Source of the DNA: a virus
Length of the DNA stretch: 39,096 nucleotides
Direction: 5' to 3' (one strand)
Virus record (IMG/VR): IMGVR_UViG_3300035556_000082
Span: 1-39,096 of that record
The notes beneath the pieces were generated by a model. That model had not been told where the DNA came from and did no database searches. It was given only the letters and a program-made list of their open reading frames with translations. Shown here piece by piece: positions 34,467 to 39,096 of the stretch (within the stretch, counting starts at the first letter, position 1; each line of letters begins with the position of its first letter). A program made the position numbers and the translations under genes.

Positions 34467-36622
34467 GTAGGGATCACTTCCACATACACATCATAAAGTC
34501 GAGACATTCCATGATTTTCCCAAAAGCGGCCAGGGGCATACGGGTTCATTTTGCAGGATCCTCCTGCACTGATGGCGTTGAGGTCGTCGATGGCCCAGGC
34601 CCCCCCGGTCTTGGGATTCGTAGCATACGACGTGGAAAGCCATGTAGCCGAATGTTTTGCAGTAATATACGACCCATAATATTTTGTTCCGCCTACTGAT
34701 ATAATCGATGCTACGTAACCCAACGTACCAACATTCCAATCCAGATCTATCTGGACGTATGCCATCATTCGATACCAGACCTTAACACTAAACGACTCAC
34801 TGATGGGCATTTCCATTGTATCCAACAGAGCATACACATAATCCGTGGTACCTTCAGTCGTCCGGCCGTAATATGTAGACGTGCTTTTGTCGTTCAGTGT
34901 CGCGTTATTTATTCGCAGTTCGACCGGATCGGCGGGATTATCCGCTCCTAGCCCCAGGATCCGAGCCGTAAACAGATAGTCGTCTGGGATCCATCCAGCC
35001 GGATCGATGACCGAGATCTCGAAATCGTTTTGGGTACCGTCGGTATTACACCACCGGCCGATATCGAAATCTGTTATGGGCGTCGGGCTCCAGGGAGCCC
35101 AGGGTATTCTAATAATATTCCCATTGAGATCAATCTCGAAATGAACTCCAGCCTGGAGGCCCTCGACCGTCGAATCGTCGACCGCCTCCACCGAGAGGAG
35201 GATGGGGACGTACCCCCCACCGTAATCGATGGTATCGAAATGATTTTCGAGAGATTCTGTGGCCCCCAGGTAGCCGTACCTGATGGCCTCGCCCGTCAGG
35301 GACTCATATATGAGCCTGTACCGCTCGATCGCCGAGGTCTCGGCCTTCTCCCAGAGGCTCGTCTGGAGGGAGAGGTCCGGGGCCCCAAACGAGATCTGAT
35401 CCGGCTTCCCCGTGATCGCATCGACGCGCCGGGCCTGAGCCGCGAAGGCGTCTCCCCGCCCCAGATCGATCGAGTACCAATCCCCCGGCCGGATAGATCG
35501 AGGCTTCACCAGCTCGACCTTCACCGGCGCATGGGCTCGGAGTATATCCCATAGATCAGATGCAGCGCCATCAAGGTTCCCGCCGGGCGACTTCCGGGCG
35601 TTCGTCATCGAGAGCGTCTCCTCGATCCAGGCCTGCCCCGGGTCTCCGGGGCTCCCCGCCCCGTACCTCTGGCCCCAGACTAGATCATAGTCGGCTCCGA
35701 GACCGAGGACGACCTGAGCGGGGAGCTTCTGGGGCCGATCCAGGGAGACGATATTGAAATCCTCTCCGGCCCGGAGGGTCGCCAGAGGCTCGGCTTCAGT
35801 CCCCCTCGACCGGGGGGATGCCGAGATATCCAGATATATATAGTCCTCCTCCGCCCGGAAAACCACATACTGGCCCGTCTCCTCGACCAAATCCCGGATC
35901 AGATCCCAAATCCGGAGCCACCCGACGACGTAGACGCGATCCAGGGACGAATCGGTATCTATCGATCCCAGCCGGATCCAGTTCTCGGCGAAGCCGTCGG
36001 CGCAGATGACGCCGTAAGAGTCCCCCGGGCCGAGCCCCCGGACGTATAGATCTCCCCCGTCCCGGGCGCATCGATAGTTTCCCCCGGCGATCGAGCCGAG
36101 GGCCACCTCCGAGCACAGATGGCCGTTATAGTAGATATCTCGCCCGGAGGTGGCCCCGTCCCATCCTTCCAGGGTGGCGATACCGTCGTCATCCCAGGAG
36201 GCGAGCCCGTCCGGGATCTTGGATATGGCCAGCCACAGGAGGGGCATGAGGTACTGACTCGCCCCGGCCCCCTGCGGCGGAGCATCCGAGGAGAAAATAT
36301 CGCTCAGGGTGAGGCCGATCCCGCCCGAGTAGGCTATCGGCGGAGCATACCGATGGTGGAGGAGGCCCTCGGCCGAAAGGCATTCGTAGTGAGTCGGCCC
36401 CCCGGCGGCCGAGTAGGTCGTCGAGATGACGGCCCCCAGGAACCTCACTGGCCCCTCGTCATCGGTGAGCCGGATCCGCGCCCACTGGCGGATGTGGCCG
36501 ATCGGAGCATCGAATGAGATCCCATCGATGGCCTCGTTTTCGAGCTGGTATCCCTCGTCGATGACCGCACCTTCGACGAGAAACTCGGTATCTGATCCCG
36601 GATTTCTGAAATATAGGGGCAT
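34463..36622 (-). CDS. Tail tip / baseplate hub-like protein, paralog 2
   Basis: 719 aa, collinear similarity to 36627..38798; AT-richer C-terminal domain. Confidence 0.65.
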   Translation of the reverse strand: MPLYFRNPGSDTEFLVEGAVIDEGYQLENEAIDGISFDAPIGHIRQWARIRLTDDEGPVRFLGAVISTTYSAAGGPTHYECLSAEGLLHHRYAPPIAYSGGIGLTLSDIFSSDAPPQGAGASQYLMPLLWLAISKIPDGLASWDDDGIATLEGWDGATSGRDIYYNGHLCSEVALGSIAGGNYRCARDGGDLYVRGLGPGDSYGVICADGFAENWIRLGSIDTDSSLDRVYVVGWLRIWDLIRDLVEETGQYVVFRAEEDYIYLDISASPRSRGTEAEPLATLRAGEDFNIVSLDRPQKLPAQVVLGLGADYDLVWGQRYGAGSPGDPGQAWIEETLSMTNARKSPGGNLDGAASDLWDILRAHAPVKVELVKPRSIRPGDWYSIDLGRGDAFAAQARRVDAITGKPDQISFGAPDLSLQTSLWEKAETSAIERYRLIYESLTGEAIRYGYLGATESLENHFDTIDYGGGYVPILLSVEAVDDSTVEGLQAGVHFEIDLNGNIIRIPWAPWSPTPITDFDIGRWCNTDGTQNDFEISVIDPAGWIPDDYLFTARILGLGADNPADPVELRINNATLNDKSTSTYYGRTTEGTTDYVYALLDTMEMPISESFSVKVWYRMMAYVQIDLDWNVGTLGYVASIISVGGTKYYGSYITAKHSATWLSTSYATNPKTGGAWAIDDLNAISAGGSCKMNPYAPGRFWENHGMSRLYDVYVEVIPT

Positions 36623-36626
36623 CGGA

Positions 36627-38798
36627 CTACCTCAGCTCTATTTTTTGGAGGGCGTATATCTCCCGGTAGCGCCCGGCGACGGGATCGCGAGTGTACGAAC
36701 AATATAAATATACTCCGGCCTGAATGTCGTTCACGTCGCTCTGAGTCCAGGGGGCGGACGTGGCCGGGTTGGTCTTCCATTCGTCGTCATAGAGGGTATA
36801 TGTGGTCGACGCTGTTCTCTGAGTCCCATAATATACAGTACCCCCTATTTTTATGAACGGTTTCATATATCCGCTGAGGCCATAACCGACCAGATCGACT
36901 CCAGACCGGAGCACGATCTTAAAAGGATAGTCGGGGGCGGCCGCATTCGTCATGGCGTAGAGGCCCGTCCCGCTCTTCGTCCCGCAGCCGTAGGGTATCG
37001 ATATATAGGATTTTGGGATGTCGCCGTCCAGGGTCGAGGATACTACTGATTCTTTCCAGAGGCTCGCGATGGGGGTCTGACCGTATCGGCCGATTCCAGT
37101 TATGCGCCCGGTGTAGCCGAGGCGGTCGGTGAGGTTCCCGGACGGATCGACCACATCCACCTCGACAGTTTCTTCGTTCCCGTCGAGGGCGCACCACTTC
37201 CCGATAGGCAGATCGAGGAACATGGGATCCGCCCCCCAGGGCATCCAGGGGAGGACCGCGATCACCCGGCCAGCCGGATAGAGGGTGTTCTTAACAGTGA
37301 CTGTGGCCGTGACGGCGAGCCCCTGCTCATCGCAGTCGGTCGGCTCGGTCGCCCATAGCGAAAATCGGATGTCGGCCGTATCTCGATCTGTCGAGGCTAC
37401 GGGCTCCCAGGAGATCGAATAGGTATCTGCCGGGCCGAGCCACGTCGACGCCTCCTGAGATCCGAACTGCTGGCCCCGAGTGAGATTGGCAACAGCTAGC
37501 GATTCTTGGGCCTCCAGGTAGGCATACTCCAGTCCCGCATACCGACCGCCGAGCCGGAGGAGGTAGGACCCCCCAGCCTTCTGCCGGATCTCAGATATCT
37601 GGGCTGTCGCCCGTTCGGCCTCAGATACCTCCAACTCCAGCCAATCTCCCGGCCGGAAGTAGTCGAGAGCCGTCTCGACCTGCCAGAAATCGGCCGAGGA
37701 AACGTCCAGCCACTCGACATCGATCATATCGTCCATCCGGCCCTTCGGGGCAATCTGGCCCTCGGAATGCTCGGATAGCTGCTCGATCCAGGGGCCGCGC
37801 CTCGTCGGATCGGCGAGGGCGTACCTGACCCTAGTTACGTTCTCTCCGGCCCCCAGGCCGATGAGGGTGGCCGGCGGAACGTCCCGGGGGGCGGACCTCG
37901 CAAGGCTCGTCCAGTCCCCGCGGCGGAGAGTGTAGGCGGCCCGCTCCGCCGATCCCCGGAAGGGAGGATTAATATCTCCGTCCAGATATGTCAGGTCACC
38001 GGTATGCCGAAGGGTTGCATAGATTCCATTGGAATATAGGAATTTCTCGATAAGTGTCCAGTAGGGTTCGATTCCTATATCCAGGGCATTCAGGAGGTAG
38101 TCGCCGTCATTTGTGACGTTCCCCCACCTGAGCCCGTAGTCGAAAACCCCATCAATGCAGACGGGGCCGTAAATGTCCCCCACCCCGACGCCGTACACGT
38201 AAAGGTCGTCCTCGTCCATGAAAAACTGATCGGGTTCGGAATCTACGTCGTCGGCGTCGTCAGCCGCGGCGCATAACCGCCCCCCAATGTAAACATCTCG
38301 CCCGGAGGCTCTCGATCGGAGCCCCCAACCGGGGAAGTACCATACCCCGCCGTCCTGAGATTCCGGCGATACCGAGAAGTAGCTATCCGCCATCCAGATC
38401 GCGCCAGGGACGTACTGATCTATCTCGGCGGCCTGGTTCGGTGGGCCGGAGGACATGATCTGAGCTATGGAGAGAGCTTCGTAGTCCTCGACGACGTTGG
38501 GAGCCCCGTACCTCATCGGCCAGGTATAGCGCATTTTCAAGATTTCTGGGATCGACAAGCAGGACCACTTGAGGGACTCCTCTGGAACGCCCCCGGTCGG
38601 GAACCCCGTGGCTCCCCGGAAGACGACCCCGCCGCCGTCCTCGGCCCGGACCCATGAGAGGGGACGGATAGGCGCATCATAGGGGGCGACGAACTCGAAT
38701 TTCTCGTTTTTGTCGAAGCCTCGGAACCGGGTATGACTGTAATCGAGGATATCTCGGCGGTGGTAGGTCCCGGCCGAATCAGCGACGTAGACCTCCAT
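36627..38798 (-). CDS. Tail tip / baseplate hub-like protein, paralog 1
   Basis: 723 aa immediately after the TMP stop; beta-rich. Confidence 0.65.
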   Translation of the reverse strand: MEVYVADSAGTYHRRDILDYSHTRFRGFDKNEKFEFVAPYDAPIRPLSWVRAEDGGGVVFRGATGFPTGGVPEESLKWSCLSIPEILKMRYTWPMRYGAPNVVEDYEALSIAQIMSSGPPNQAAEIDQYVPGAIWMADSYFSVSPESQDGGVWYFPGWGLRSRASGRDVYIGGRLCAAADDADDVDSEPDQFFMDEDDLYVYGVGVGDIYGPVCIDGVFDYGLRWGNVTNDGDYLLNALDIGIEPYWTLIEKFLYSNGIYATLRHTGDLTYLDGDINPPFRGSAERAAYTLRRGDWTSLARSAPRDVPPATLIGLGAGENVTRVRYALADPTRRGPWIEQLSEHSEGQIAPKGRMDDMIDVEWLDVSSADFWQVETALDYFRPGDWLELEVSEAERATAQISEIRQKAGGSYLLRLGGRYAGLEYAYLEAQESLAVANLTRGQQFGSQEASTWLGPADTYSISWEPVASTDRDTADIRFSLWATEPTDCDEQGLAVTATVTVKNTLYPAGRVIAVLPWMPWGADPMFLDLPIGKWCALDGNEETVEVDVVDPSGNLTDRLGYTGRITGIGRYGQTPIASLWKESVVSSTLDGDIPKSYISIPYGCGTKSGTGLYAMTNAAAPDYPFKIVLRSGVDLVGYGLSGYMKPFIKIGGTVYYGTQRTASTTYTLYDDEWKTNPATSAPWTQSDVNDIQAGVYLYCSYTRDPVAGRYREIYALQKIELR

Positions 38799-39096
38799 CT
38801 ATCCCCGCCTCCGATTCACGTAGGCGTTGGAGATCTCGACCCGAAGCTCCTCCACCACGGCCCGCGCTACCTCTTCGGCGTCCCCGGAGCTGTAGACGTT
38901 GATTTCGCCGATATGGATCGGTCCGGAGGACCCCCCGGCCGATGCAACGGCCTGCTGGATCATAGGCAGGAGATCGGCGAGCGGTGCGATGGCCTCGGGC
39001 CGCTTCTCCCCGACCCCTACGATGGTGGGGGAGTAAACTATCCCTCCTGCATCCATCCAGCCCGACCGGGGGGCGATCGTCCCCCCTGAGTAGCCC
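38799..39096 (-). CDS. Tail tape measure protein, 3' end
   Basis: Junction reads ...FFGSSSSGG|GGYSGGTIAPRSGWMDAGGIVYSPTIVGVGEKRPEAIAPL in frame; GGIV..PT....GE..PEAI.PL is a typical TMP C-terminal motif. Confidence 0.88.
   Translation of the reverse strand, partial: GYSGGTIAPRSGWMDAGGIVYSPTIVGVGEKRPEAIAPLADLLPMIQQAVASAGGSSGPIHIGEINVYSSGDAEEVARAVVEELRVEISNAYVNRRRG

Larger units (their letters stand above)
1..39096. mobile_element. Complete circular genome of a tailed archaeal virus (siphovirus-like), no integrase
   Basis: Full terS-terL-portal-scaffold-MCP-neck-tail-TMP gene set, plus in-frame continuity of the tape measure gene across the 1/39096 junction. Confidence 0.9.

Noticed and set aside
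32625-38798. Diversity-generating retroelement acting on the tail adhesins
   Set aside because: No reverse transcriptase ORF, and I saw no template/variable repeat pair differing at adenines
1-39096. Visibly frequent GATC/CGATCG
   Set aside because: Plausibly explained by GAT/ATC codon preference in a GC-rich genome; no methylase was seen and I could not compute an odds ratio

Overview
The window appears to be the complete, circularly permuted 39,096-bp genome of a tailed (Caudoviricetes, siphovirus-like) archaeal virus. The tape-measure gene runs off position 1 and continues in frame at 39096. An archaeal host is inferred from TATA/BRE promoters about 25 nt before leaderless starts, an AEP-type primase, an ERCC4-like nuclease and an AbrB regulator; a GC-rich methanogen of the Methanotrichales/Methanosarcinales type is plausible but unproven. 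The minus strand carries the packaging, head and tail modules: terS, terL, portal, scaffold, HK97-fold capsid, a cassette of putative head appendages, head-tail joining genes, a membrane/secreted protein cluster, two tail-tube paralogs, a tail chaperone with probable -1 frameshift, tape measure, two paralogous tail-tip proteins and a LamG-containing Dit-like protein. Replication genes are a 1055-aa primase/D5-helicase, whose 3' end holds an iteron/palindrome array (probable origin), a PD-(D/E)xK nuclease and a glutaredoxin. An intact tnpB-only IS200/IS605 element (25215-26459, predicted TAM TTAT) sits in an intergenic site. No integrase, reverse transcriptase, CRISPR array, tRNA or recognisable endolysin was found. 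Most notable: the TnpB element predicted to cut IS-free sibling viruses, two single-TATA divergent switches (one controlling the tape-measure gene), the intragenic origin, and signal-peptide proteins inside the virion module. All family assignments are from motif recognition by eye, without database searches.
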